A stretch of 64,000 nucleotides of DNA from the human T2T-CHM13v2.0 reference genome, Homo sapiens. The stretch lies in the NCBI RefSeq assembly GCF_009914755.1, contig NC_060928.1; one strand, written 5' to 3'. A program made the position numbers and the translations under genes. Each line of letters starts with the position of its first letter. The first letter of the stretch is position 1. Of the stretch, positions 13,483 to 27,008 are shown in pieces. The notes under the pieces were generated by a model. That model did not search any database, had not been told where the DNA came from, and was given only the letters and a program-made list of their open reading frames with translations.

Positions 13483-13785
13483 GTAATTTCCAGCTATGCC
13501 CACTGCCAGCGTTTCTCATCTCTTGCCGAACACATCTGGATTCCTCATCACTGAGTTCCACTCACTTTCTTGAGACAACTATCCAGAACAGCATTAAGGA
13601 ATTGAATAGCCAGGTTGCCAATCTATAATGGGGTACAAAAAATGTCTGAAAATGTAACTTGATAGAGAAAATCTCCAATTCATTTTCATTTGTATGGTAA
13701 GGCAGATGAATTTTATAAGCTGTAAAGAGGTGAGGGTTATATCCTCAACGGTCATACTTCCTAATGCTTGATCATCATCATACCA

Positions 13786-14172
13786 CGTATTAGTCCATTT
13801 GGGCTTTTATAACAAAAGATCATAAACTGGGTGGCTTAAGCAATAGGCTTTTATTTCTCACAGTCTGGAAGGTGGAAAGTCCAAGATCATGGCTCTGGCA
13901 GGTCTCTGTATCTGGTGAAGGCTTTCTTTCTCTCTTGGAGACTACTAGCTTCTCCCTGTATCCTGAAATGGCTGAAGGGAGAGAGAGAGAGACTCTATTT
14001 TCTCTTCTTCTTTTTATAAGAACACTAATCTCATTATGAGAGCCCAACTCTCATGACTTTATTTAAACATAATTATCTTCCAAAGGCCCTATCTCCAAAT
14101 ACCATTACCTTGGGGGCTAGGGCTTGAACTACATATAGATTCTGAGCAGGTGCAAACATTCAATTCCTAATA
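13786..14172 (-). mobile_element. MaLR LTR (MLT1A/MST-like)
   Basis: gtattagtccatttgggc...cataaactgggtggcttaa...tttatttctcacagtctggaagg...gtccaagatca. Confidence 0.82.
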
Positions 14173-14429
14173 AACTTCCTTGTGCACAGAAGTGTAAATG
14201 AGAATAATTATAAGATGCATCACTTCTAAACTTTCCTGAATGTAAAATGAGCAAAAATTAAATATGTAAAACTCGTAGCATGGCTCAACTGGGCAATATT
14301 TATTACCCAATTCTGAGGCTTTGAACTCAAGGCTTTATTTATTATTTACTTTAGACAGTAAAAGAAGTCTCACACAGGTGGACTCACACGGAAAATAATG
14401 TTCATCAGTCATTATTGTCATAATAATGC

Positions 14430-14815
14430 TGCTTTACCAACTACTATCAAATATTAAAGGCATTCACAATAAGCAGTGATTTCTCATTCACACATCAGTG
14501 GTCAGTTGGAGTTCAGTTAATCTAAACTGGTCTTCACTGCACTTGACTCTGACTGTGGGTCATAACAGTGGTTATCCTAGGTATGTTCACAGGAAAAAGC
14601 AGGAGCACATGAGGGTAAGGGCATTTCAAGTTCTGCCAACACGTCTGCCATTATCCAATCCTTTGTGAAATTGTGAATTGTCCAAATCAGTTGATTCCAA
14701 AGAAAGGGGCAGGGAGGTAAACTCTACTCATTGAAAAACCATTGCAAGGGTATGCATATGTAATAATACTCCAGGAAAATGAAGAACTGGGATTTATAAT
14801 CCAACCTACCACACA
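14430..14815 (-). mobile_element. Old MLT1-type LTR fragment
   Basis: Diverged MLT1-like motifs ending ataatccaacctaccaca. Confidence 0.45.
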
Positions 14816-17379
14816 TTCCATTGCATTTGAAAGCGTTATTCGAAGAGCTGCAATGCTTATGTTCAATAGTTAAGGACTATTAAAAACTAAATATAATTCA
14901 TAACAGTGAATTTTGTAAATCCTAGGTGTCTGTAATTTGCTTATAAGAAACAAAGGTATAGCCTTATTTTTATTTTTTTTTAGCATGGCTTAATATATTT
15001 GAACCTTTGTTTTTGAACTTTTATGTTTATTATGGAAGCAATATGTTTCTGTGGGAAGAATGTTAGTGGGATTTCAAATACCCAGATTCTAGTCCTAGAT
15101 TTACCACTAATTAACTCTGAGACAATCAGCCAATTATCTCAACTTATCTTGGCCATGTTCTCCTCTTCCGGAAGGGTTTGGGCTGGTTAGTTGCATTTCC
15201 TTCCATCACTACAACTCCATGAGCTTGTGTTTACTGACATGGAAGTGGGCCAGTAGGCCTTGCTTCATCTCCTTCTTTTTATTCCAAGAAGAAAATTATT
15301 GTTGCATCATATTAAGAGTTCCCAGTACCAAAAGTACATGTGTGAACAAAAGCCAGAATCTTATCTAAAGTCATGGACAGCACTTAAATGTTTTTCAGAT
15401 GAACCAGAGTTAAGCGGGCCCTCCATTTCCTGGCCACACATTGTCAATGTGGAAGATCTCTGGCCATGAGTTAAAGGTCACCCACGATACCAAATTGCAA
15501 ATTGTGTTGAGAATGGAGAGCATTTGCAAAGCTGGAATGAATACACAAAACATGTTTATTTACATCACTCAGGTTTGTATGGAAACCCAAAGTACAGTTT
15601 GCAAATATGATGGTATTCATCTTCCTGAAATTGGCACAAATTACAAATGTTTGTTTGAGAAGTTAATAATTTCACATATGCTTTTGACAGTGACATATCA
15701 GCAAACAATTTTTATAGAGCATTGCACATACTTCTAACACACCACAGCTGAGGTCTGATTCAAGCTAAAACCCCAAGTGACTATAAACCAAACAATTATT
15801 TTTTTTAGCCCTAATGTGTTTGCTTCCTAATGACCCACAGCCTTAAACTCACACTGAGCGGGACAGCATAAACTTTCTTTTTTTATGCTCCAGGCCCCAA
15901 CAGGGCAAGGCACATTCTGGAAGACTACTTGTGGGTGACCAAAGTGCACTTTAAAACATCAGCAGCCTTTGATCAGGGCAGCTTGCTTACTTTTAATTGT
16001 TTCCAGAGTGCTTGTTTGGAAATTTGTTAGATTACACATCACATGCAATGGGAATTGATGGCTGAATTCCCTGCCTTAATCCTTGGCTCAGAAAGGAGTT
16101 ATGCTTACTTCAGTTACACTTAGGAGACTGAGCTTTTGACCCAGCAACATAAAGGTGATTTCAGTTGCTGTCTCTTTTCACCCATACCCAAAATAACAAG
16201 AAATGAACTGAGAGATCATTTAGGAAAGTGTGAGGTAATTGGTTGCTGGCTATTTTTTTTTTCTGGCTGCACTAACTTTAATCAAAGATTCTTTTTTTTA
16301 CTTCTTCATGGGTATTAGTGGATACGAGATTTTATAAGGTTTTTTCCTTAAAAAAATAAGAGATAGAGCACAATTAGTATCAAAGAAAACTTCCTTAAAA
16401 CCAGATATGTCAAATTCTTTCAATGCTTAGAGGTGCAAATCAATATCACTGGACACTAAGTTAATGAGTGAGAGAATCCTTTCCTTAGCAACCCCAAGCT
16501 CAGCACTTTTCCTATCTAACCCTCATAACCTCCTTGGTTGATCTGACAGAAGTCAACAATGACTTTTGTGCAGATAACGTTTAAAGTTGCATCCACACTT
16601 CTGACTACCAACTGTATATAAATCATTGACTAGATGGTGGTGACACATGCATCCCAATTTTCATGTGGCCAATAATAAGTTGATTGTCCTGACTCACTCC
16701 CATCCCATACCCAATCCCATTTCTTTCTCATTTTTAATTTTGTAAATGGTCCCACCATTCTACTATTCCAATCACAGCTGATAACTTATGAATTCTTTCA
16801 ACTGCTTCTTGTCTCCTGTATCCTACATTCAGATACCAGGTTCTTTTTATTCTGTACCCCCACCCCTATGGTTTTCCCAAATTCACCCTACCTTTCTCCT
16901 CACAATATACCAAACACAGATTCCTAACAGCTCACAATGCACCAAAAACAGATTCCAAACATGACCCTGAGTCTTCTAAATTGCCTATTACTAATCCATC
17001 CTATATTTTAATATCAGGATTATTTTCCTTAAACCCATCTGATTATGTCAGTTTCAAATTAAAGTTAATTAATATTGTCTATACCACAAATGTTAAATTC
17101 CTAAACTCCTAAGACCATCATTCTCCAGTTTTACACTGTATCCTCAACTGTGCTCTCTGCCAATGTGGTTAATCCTGGGTTCCAGTGATAAATTATTTGC
17201 ACAGCATATGACATGCTCCTCAATTCTTGATGCTTAGCACCTGCTCCTTACTTTGCCTCCTTCAAATCCATCTTCCAAGACTCAATTGAGACGTGACATC
17301 TTTTCTGAATCCTTAAACCCAGACTAAAAGTATGCTCCTCTTCTATGCTTTTGAGGAATCTAGTAAAAGCATGTATTAT

Positions 17380-17494
17380 TAAGGTAACCAACCATCCCTG
17401 TTTGCAGGATGCTTTCTCTGTTTTATGATCCTAAGTCCTGTAACCAGGAAATCATGTAGGCCGAAGCAAACCAGGAAGGTCAGCAGTCACCCTT
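17380..17494. mobile_element. MER81-like MITE (hAT-Blackjack)
   Basis: ~115 bp with inverted termini taaggtaaccaaccatccc.../...gtcaccctt; sits in L2-like sequence. Confidence 0.7.
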
Positions 17495-18151
17495 GACACA
17501 ATATACGGTTACTGCATGTCTGTTTCATCCACCAGACTGCGAGATGCTTAAAGTCTCTTAGAAGTTTAATTTATCTTTGTAGCCCTAAAATTTATTTCAA
17601 TGTTTGCAAAATAGTGAACTAGTCAATATAATATTGTAATAACGTTTTGCTCTTTTCTGTTGAATCCTCAAAATCTTTGGAGGATGTCAACATTAACTCG
17701 AATATTTTTTATCCATGAAGAGAATACATCCAAGAGAAACTTAGTAATCTGCCTAAACAACCAGACTACACACAGATGTTTTTCTGATTACTAAACTATG
17801 CTTATTTCATCATGAAAACTGAGTAAATCATTGGCTAGAATATTCTGTGATGTGTTAGATTGAGTATTTTTCTACACACAAATTGATTTAGGGAGGAAAA
17901 TGATTAAAATCAGATAAGCAGTTAATTACCAGCCCTTCCACTCAATTAAATTTTGGAATAGCTATTTGTTTGAATTAGACATCTTCAAACAAGATTGACT
18001 GCCTAGATATAACTAGTACAACCAAAACAACAGAAAATTAAAATAAATGTTATTTTCTCAGGAACTAAATGAGATAATTTAGAAAATGAGACTATTGAGA
18101 TTTTCTAGTTAACATATTTATAAATCACAACCACACACCTATTGTTTAATC

Positions 18152-18343
18152 CAGTGGTTCCCAATGGGGATAATTTTGCAATAGGTGTCAGTTGACAATG
18201 TCTAGAGACAGTTTTAGCTGTCACAAGTGGAGGGGTAGAGATCAGGGATGGTGCTGAATATCCTACAATGCACAGAACAGCACATCCACTATAAAAAGTC
18301 ATCCAGCCCAAGGTGTCAGTAGTATGAAGGTTAAGAAACTCTA
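18152..18343. mobile_element. MER20 (hAT-Charlie)
   Basis: cagtggttcccaatgggg...caatgtctagagacagttttagctgtcacaa...catcc/tatcctacaatgcacagaacagc...ggttaagaaactct. Confidence 0.85.
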
Positions 18344-18533
18344 ATTTAAACTGAAAAGTAGGTAAAGGAAATGTTATCACATACATATTTTAATTAACTC
18401 TATTCCAAGAAGAGAAATGTTAACAGAAAATTCCACAAATGCATTTTTAAAATATATGTAGATTTTATGCACATAAATGTATGTATGTCCATATATTATA
18501 CATATGGATAAACCAAAGCATATAGTATGTGAG

Positions 18534-18833
<300 letters not shown>

Positions 18834-19099
18834 AGTATGTATTTTTTAATGGTGTAAGTAAAGGTGATATTTATACAGTTCTGCTGTATCAGCAGACAAA
18901 ACTTTTTATTTCTTTAAAAAAATGTCTTTTTTCTTGTTCTTATAATGAAAAAAACAGGCTTAGTACAGACATCATTACTCAAAAAGAAAACACTTTTTAA
19001 ATTCTATAATCCAACCATTGAAAAAGAATGAAAGCATTTTAGCTTATTTGCTTTACTCTGTAATTTGCAGAATTAAAAAAATTATACTTACAAAAACAG

Positions 19100-19375
19100 T
19101 TTTGAATCATGCTTTCTTTACTTAACATTATATCATGAAATAGCCTTCTAAAAATGTCATTTTACTATTGAACAAATTCCATCACATGAATACACCATAA
19201 TTTATTTAATAAATCTTCTAAAGTTGGATATTTGAAATTTTTTCTCTATGTTTTGCTATAATAAATAACACCATGATGAACATTCCTGTACATAAATCTT
19301 TAGTCCCTTCTCTGATTATTTACTTGGGATAGATTCCATGAACTAAAATGTTGGGGTCAAAATGAAGCCATTTAA
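19100..19375 (-). mobile_element. Old L1ME fragment
   Basis: ccatcacatgaatacaccataatttatttaa...gctataataaataacaccatgatgaacattcctgtacat. Confidence 0.65.
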
Positions 19376-20478
19376 GGTTTAGGATTTCAGTGATATAATC
19401 CATAAAACAGAAATAATAAACTATGGCCTCTCCCTAGTCCACAGTATAAAAGGGTCACGGAACAGTGATTTATTAACATAAACCAGAGACTAGGCATCCA
19501 ACTGTGAAGTTATCTCTACATGTGCAAATATAGGTGGGGGGCAGAGAATACACAAAGGCCCTGTTACAGAAATAGACCTGTTCATGTTTATTTTTTATTT
19601 GGTTCACAATCTATCAGTCAGAAAACCCTCTTTTCAGGTAGAATGTGACAGAATGTGCCAAAGAGAGCTATGTGAGTGATTCCCACTTCCCACAAAGGTA
19701 TAGCAAAAGAAAATTTCAATTTCAGCTTATATTTACTGCAACATACATATATACCATTCAGTATTCATTTAGTGAAAATTTACTGTATCCTCCTCGACAC
19801 TGTGCTATCTTTGCCTCTTTGTCATACGTTTTGTTTCTAGCCCTTATAAAAGTTCTAAAGTATTATCTCCATTGCATAGATAAGGATGCTGAGCATCTGA
19901 GAGTATTAGGTAAATTGACTATGTAAACAGATTACTAAGTAAAGAATCTTATTTAAACACTCATTTGTATGATCCCTAACCAATTGTTCCTAAACTCAAC
20001 ACTGCCCTTCATGTTTATAATATTTCTAATCCCACATATAAGAGCCTACTGAATGGAATTATATAGATAAAAGAATTAATACCTTCTTTCACTCTAATAT
20101 GCTTCCAAGTGTGACTACTAATTCATCATCGTAGTCCATCAAGCTACATTAGATCTCCTTTATAGGCCTGGCAATGCAGATATCACCCAATCTCATTTAT
20201 AGTGACTCAGAGACCTAAGTAAATGCACGTGAATTCTCACTTTGAAAACTTCACGCTGGAGAGGGATTTGAAGTATGGCATTCATTTTAGGCTACAGCCT
20301 TGGAGACGTGGAGCTGTCTTTCATTTTCCTCATGTGTAAGGAAACCATTCTCAATAACACGGGATTAGTTGTCCCGAGAATAAGAAACCACCACCATTCT
20401 GCGAGAGCATTGTTAGGTACAGATTTTGTACAAGCTGCCAAATGCAGAGAAACTATGTGGGTCTGAGCTCTGTCTGTT

Positions 20479-20508
20479 TTTTGTTGTTGTTGTTGTTGTT
20501 GTTGTTTT
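20479..20508. repeat. (TTG)n microsatellite
   Basis: About 8 TTG units. Confidence 0.95.
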
Positions 20509-22102
20509 TAATTGGTTGAACTTCAGAATTTTCTTTCTTCTGAATTTGTCTTTCAGATTCTTTCTCTTGGCCAAATACATAAGAAGTGGGTTTTTTCTTC
20601 TTGTTCCTTCACTGTTTCTCTTCTCCATCATGATAGAGCTATATTTCCCAGCTCCCTCTCTCCCACCTACCCACCTATTTATCACCTGGGGTTGAGGGGT
20701 GGGTTGCCTTTCTGTTTTTGACTGAGTTATTCAGGCACACCCCATGAATGACACTCACATACAATTTGTGAATACAGTTTTTATACACATCTCCTGTCTT
20801 AATATGCACCTTCTCTCCTTTAGTAACCAATTTTCACAATCTCCTTTATGCCTAGGTTTCACTTCATATCTTTAGATTCTTTCATAAGTCATTCCCTTCC
20901 ATCTTCCTCCTTCCCATGGATATCTGTGTTTCCAAATTATTTACTGAATATCATAATTTGGTGTATTATAGATGAAATATGAATGCTTTATAAGTGCTAT
21001 ATTTCAAAGTCATTGAATAGATCCAATATCCATTAGCATGCAGTAAGTGAATATAAATGTATCTGTGTAAGCATTCACCTACACCCTTATAATAGATATT
21101 CACATTGTAAATGTTAATTTCAATTGTATATTTTGTTAATGCTTACCATATGTGAGGAAATGTGCTCGGCATTGACCATGCAAACATCCACAAATGAAGA
21201 ATGACATTCAGTGAGATGAAGTGATGTGCCCACAGTCATGACAGCGAGGGCTTTGTAGATGTGGTCTCACATCTCATTCAGGATTTCAGAAACATCCACT
21301 GCAATCACTTTCATACCTGTAGTACATTCGTTATCTCTGTGTCTCTGCCACTTAATCTTCACAGTGAAATCCTTGAAAGTGCAACTCAAACATCACCTCT
21401 CTTTGAAGCTTTCTTCTACCATTATCCCTGCACATCGAGACCAAGTAGCCACATCTTTCTCTCTTTAACATAGTGTGTCATGCTAGCAGAGTAGTCACTG
21501 CATTACATTCGGCAGCGTTTGGTCTCTGTCATGCTTTTTGATCAGTCTTTACCTTGCTCATCTTGTACCCAACTTCTCTGGCAGAGTGATGCCCAACAGA
21601 TATTTGCCTGGATGAATTACCAGTTAAACAGTCCTCTGAATTTGAAACCTACCAAAGAAAGACATTACAGTTAGAGTCTCTGCCTTTGGGATTTAGCATA
21701 AGACCTGTGTGACCAAAAAAACATCATACTCCAGGTACTGAGTTCACTCTTTGAGTTGTATACCATACTTCTCTATTCAGTCAAAACAGTTAAATCGACT
21801 ATTCTAGTTGGTGTTTCTTTCTGATGGCTTATAAACACTGTTTGAAAACCCATTTCTTTTACTTTTTAGTAAAAGTAAAAAGAAAAAAAAATTTTTAAGA
21901 AGTAAAAGCAAGCTGATGAGTTTCATAAATAAGGCCATGAAGTCAAACATTCTAGGGTAGAAGCTGATGGCACAATCCCAGACAAAATAAATGGCCTGCT
22001 TCAGTTTCTTCACCTATGAAACAGGGTTAATATTGCCCACATGCAAAGTTTTTGAATGTCTCACATATGAGAATAAGTTTTAAAACAAGCAACACCCCCA
22101 TT

Positions 22103-22540
22103 GTGTAGAGCAGAATAATGGCCCCTCCAAGATGTCTACATGCCAATCTCTAGAACCTGTGAATTTGTTGCCTCCACAAAAGGGACTTTACTGATATGAG
22201 TATGGTTAAGAACCTTCCAATAGGATGAAGATCCTCGATTATCTGGGTGGCTCTGATCTAATTACAGAAGTTCTTAAAAGAGGACATCCTTTTTGGCTAT
22301 GGTAAAAAAAAGATGTAGTAACAGCAGAATGGCCAGAGAAACGTCACATTGCAGGCTTTAATGATGGAGGAAATGTGACCTCTAGAAGCTGGAAAAGACA
22401 AAGATGCTGATTCTCCCCTAGATCCTCCAGAAAAAAAGTACAGTCCTGCTGATGTCTTGATTTCAGCCTGGTGAGATGCCTATTGGATTCTGACTGTAAG
22501 ATAAAGTATTTGTGTTGTTTTAAGCTACTGATTTGTGGTT
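22103..22540 (+). mobile_element. MLT1D-like MaLR LTR
   Basis: gcagaataatggcccctccaagatgtctaca...tagaacctgtgaat...ctagaagctggaaaagacaa...gtgttgttttaagctact. Confidence 0.85.
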
Positions 22541-23476
22541 AATAAATGTTTATTCTGGTCTTATGTAAATGCTGCTTAATCATATGGACAAAACAATGAG
22601 GTCAAGCACTTAAAGCTCACAAAAGGTTCATTAACTATATTTTTATATAGTTTGACTCTTCAAATGAACAATTGCTTGAGTTCTTGGAAGGAAGACTTGC
22701 TAACTAACCATTTCAAGTTCTTTCTCTTATGGTGTGCATTAGCGATTGATTGCAAAATTAGTAAATTCTAAAGAACTGTGTTATGCAATAGCTTACATAA
22801 TGTGTATTAAACTATAATTATTTGCATTATTCATTCCCTTACCATTCCACAAATATTGGTTGGGAATTTCCCAAAGAAAGAAAATATTCAAAATGGAAAA
22901 ATGTACTTAATAAACTCCTTCTGCCCAGATGAGACACTCAAGCCAGCAAAAGAAAATAACCAAAATATAACACCCAAGAGCCTTAAGTTCTGAACTCTAC
23001 CTTAACTGACTATAGCAACTCCAGGTCTCAGCACAGTCCCTGGCATACAGTACGTCCACACAAAGAAACTGGGAACTTTGTTGAATCGACTGCTGTATTT
23101 GTAATAATTTAATAACTTACAGAAGGGATGATCAGCAAAAGCTTCATAGAAGAGATACCATTGTCAAAGACCAAGAAAGAGTATGCTTAAAAACTGTTTA
23201 TAATTGAATTTGAAAAACAGTATTGTGTACGAAAACTGCAATAATAAAATATAGGGCCAAAGAGTGGGTTGCAGAGAGATAACAAGAATTCTGATTTCTA
23301 AAACTGGGTTTCAGCACTAGAAATCTCAATGAAATTTGTAAGTAGCAACAATAAATCATTCTTTATTCACATAAATTTGAATGGATTAAACAAAGTTAAG
23401 CAGGTCTTTTCAGTGTAGGATTTTTTAGGCTTCACTAGGCTAATGAACCTTAAGCTTTTTAAGTAAAGGATAACAT

Positions 23477-23996
23477 GTCTATCTCAGTTACCTATTGCTC
23501 AATAACGACCTATTTCAAAACAATGGCTTTAAATAACACTGTACTACTTCTCATAACTCTGTGTGCTGGCTGCTGTTCTGGGCTTAACTCATGCACCTGC
23601 TTTTGGATGGTGGATGGGCTGGAGGCTGAGCTCACCTAGATGCCTGGGTTTCTTTCCGCAAGTAGGGTTTTTTGTTTGTTTTTGTTTTCTTTTCCACATG
23701 TAGGGTTTCTTTGTTTGTTTTTGTTTTCTTCTTGTTGTTGCTGTTCTTGTGTTTTCCTTTTGTTTGTTTGATTTATTAGATTTCTTCACATGATGGCAGA
23801 AGTATTCCAAAACAAATGAGAGTAGAAGGCCCATGGTTTCTTGAGATCCAGGCCCTGATGTCACATGGCATCACTTCTGCCACACTGTATTGGTCAAAAT
23901 AAGTCACAAGGTCAGCCCCAATTGGAGTGGCAACTTTAATTGTAGACAAGCAAGTATACAAGGATGAGAGGAACTTGCAGCCACATTTTGTAATCT
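23477..23996 (-). mobile_element. Old MLT1 LTR (MLT1G/H-like) with internal T-rich simple repeat
   Basis: cacatggcatcacttctgccacactgtattggtcaaaataagtcacaaggtcagccc. Confidence 0.65.
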
Positions 23997-24830
23997 GTTA
24001 ATTTAGTTAGATTAGTTAGTTCCAAAACTAATGTAATCATTAAACTTTTCTCTTTTATATATACCACCTTGTAATGTGCAATTTATTAATGCTGATGTAA
24101 GGCTTTGAATTATACATTAAGTAGTTTTATAACTAGGGACTACTGGAGTCTTTAATTAAGCATTCGACTTTAAAAGGGACACATTTTATAACATATAGCT
24201 TTCTATTTTGCAAAAGGCACATATGAGAGTATTTACGTGAGGAATAGAGCAAAGTAATTTAATAACAGATTATCGGTGTAGCTCAGATGAGTGCAAAAGA
24301 GATCTTTATTCAGGTTAAGTGATAATGAGATGAGAAAGGAGAAAGTAAAGGTATATTATATTCCACAGATAGAATCTGTATAATTTGATCGGCCACTTAT
24401 GCTACAGTTGGGCACAGAGCAGGGCAGGGTTTAGTGAAAAGACAAAAAAATCAAGGTCCTCCCCACAGATTTGAACTTTTGGTAATTAGCCCAACAGTGA
24501 AATCATAAAGAAAAATAAAGGACTTAAGAAAAGAAATATCAGATAAACAATAGTAAATTTATGATGTGTATTTTAGGTTTGGAATGTTAGTTAAGCTACC
24601 ATGCAGACATATTTAGTAGGTTTTTTTAGTTGCAGGACTGAGATTCTGGAAATGTATCAGTTTTGAGGAATTATATATAACAAATTGATTTATTATTGAT
24701 TCAACAAATATCTCTACATATATTCCCTACATGATACAATGTAAAATGTAACAAATATAGATCTTGCCATCTCAGAGCTTATAAATAACTACCTAAGCAA
24801 TTAAAATGCCTGTCATAAATATTAAGACTT

Positions 24831-25179
<349 letters not shown>

Positions 25180-25379
25180 TCAAACTATGCATTTGAGTGT
25201 GTTGGTGGGGGGAGGGAGGCATGAGATATATAAGACAGAAAGTGTTCTTTGTAGGAACTAACCTGTAAAAGCAAATGTATGGAAAAATTAGGCACCTCTT
25301 TTTGCCTGCCCTTTCTCAATAGACTTACTTAATAGGCAAATTTCACTCTTTGAATCACAATCCTGCAACGAATGGTTCC

Positions 25380-25940
25380 TTATTTTGCCTAAAACAACAC
25401 CTTCACGTGTCCTAAAAGATTATACATGATTTTTTCCCCGTGGTACTCTGACCTCATCTCTCACCACTTTCCCTTTGTTTTCTGTCCCTTCCAGCCACAG
25501 TGGCCTTTTTGCTGTTCCTCAGACTCTCCAGGCACACTAGCCTTAGATTATCCATAGCAACCCTCCCCACTGCCTGGAATATCTTTCTTCACCTGTCTGT
25601 TTGGCTACCTCTCTCACTTTCATTAGGTTTTTGCTCAAATATTACATTTTTAAGGCAGTTCATGCGACCATTCTATTAAACTTTACAACTGGAACCCCCA
25701 CTGGCTCTCCCTATCCTGCCCAGTGTGCTCTATTTTTTTCCCTATGGCACTTATCCTTTCTAAAATATATTTTTCTTTGTTGTGCATGCACATTGTTCTT
25801 TAACTTTTTGTCTCTTTTCGCTAGAATATAAGATCCATGAGGACAGATACTTTTGGGATTTGCACATTGATGCATCCTGAGCAACAAGAATATGCCTGGC
25901 TCATAAATAATATTCAATTTTCAATTAATATGTGTTGACC
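25380..25940 (+). mobile_element. L2 3' fragment
   Basis: ccagccacagtggcctttttgctgttcctca...ctagaatataagatccatgaggacag...gcctggctcataaata. Confidence 0.75.
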
Positions 25941-26069
25941 AAATACATTTTATAGCGCTTTTTGGCATGGGAAAAAGCCACATTGCATCCGGACATCAGA
26001 ATCCTCAGTGAAGCACTGTACTTACAGAATTCAAGACCAGTTCTTCAATTTGACATTTAAGATTCTAAT

Positions 26070-26355
26070 GCCAGGCACAGTGGCTCATGCTTGTAATCCC
26101 AACACTTAGGTGGGAGGATCACTTGAGTCTAAGAGTTTGAGACCAGCCTGGACAACATAGTGAGACCTCATCTCTACAAAAAGAATCAAAAAACTTATCC
26201 AGGTGTGTTGATTCATGCCTGTGATCCTAGCTACTCAGAAGGCTGAGGTGGGAGGATTATTCGCAGGAGATTGAGTATGCGGTGAGCCATGATCATGCCA
26301 CTGCACTCCAGCCTAGATGAAAAAGCAAGACCCTGTAGAAAAAAAAAAAAAAAAG
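26070..26355 (+). mobile_element. AluJ-like
   Basis: GGAGGATCACTTGAG-type diagnostics; poly-A tail. Confidence 0.92.
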
Positions 26356-26486
26356 ACCTTCTACCACTTGGCACGATTTGGAGAAATTTCTGTATCTATA
26401 CCTTGGTTTCCTCATCTAGAACAAGTAGCTACTTACTGGCCTGCAAGTGTTATGGGTCATGTTCAGTAATAAAATATAAAGCACTA

Positions 26487-26806
26487 AAAATCATGGAACC
26501 AACCCAAATGTCCATCAATGATAGGGTGGATAAAGAAAATGTGGTGTATATACACCATGGAATACTATGTAGCCATAAAAAGGAATTAGATCATGTCATT
26601 TGCAGGGACATGGATGAAGCTGGAAACCATCATTCTCAGCAGACTAACACAGGAACAGAAAACCAAACACCACATGTTCTCACGCATAAGTGGGAGTTAA
26701 ACAATGAGAACACATGGACACAGGGAGGGGAACAACATACACCAGAGCCTGTTGGGGGTTGGGGGTGAGGGGAGGGAACTTAGAAAAATAAATAAATAAA
26801 TAAAAA
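26487..26806 (+). mobile_element. 5'-truncated L1PA (older, ~L1PA10-like) 3' fragment with (AAAT)n tail, inserted in a MIR
   Basis: ggaaccaacccaaatgtccatcaatgata...gagggaacttaga then AAAAATAAATAAAT. Confidence 0.9.
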
Positions 26807-26894
26807 GTTGGTTTAAGACTTTTACACTGCCGGTATTCCAGATTTGGTGAAATTAATACTTTTTTAAAGGGTCCACATAAAATAATTTTCTAAT

Positions 26895-27008
26895 GTATAA
26901 ATACATAATATATATGATATATATATCATATATAGATATATATATCATACATATCGTATATATAATATATCTATATATGATATATATATATATATATATA
27001 ATATATAT
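26895..27008. repeat. (TA)n / AT-rich low-complexity tract
   Basis: Degenerate TA repeats. Confidence 0.93.
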
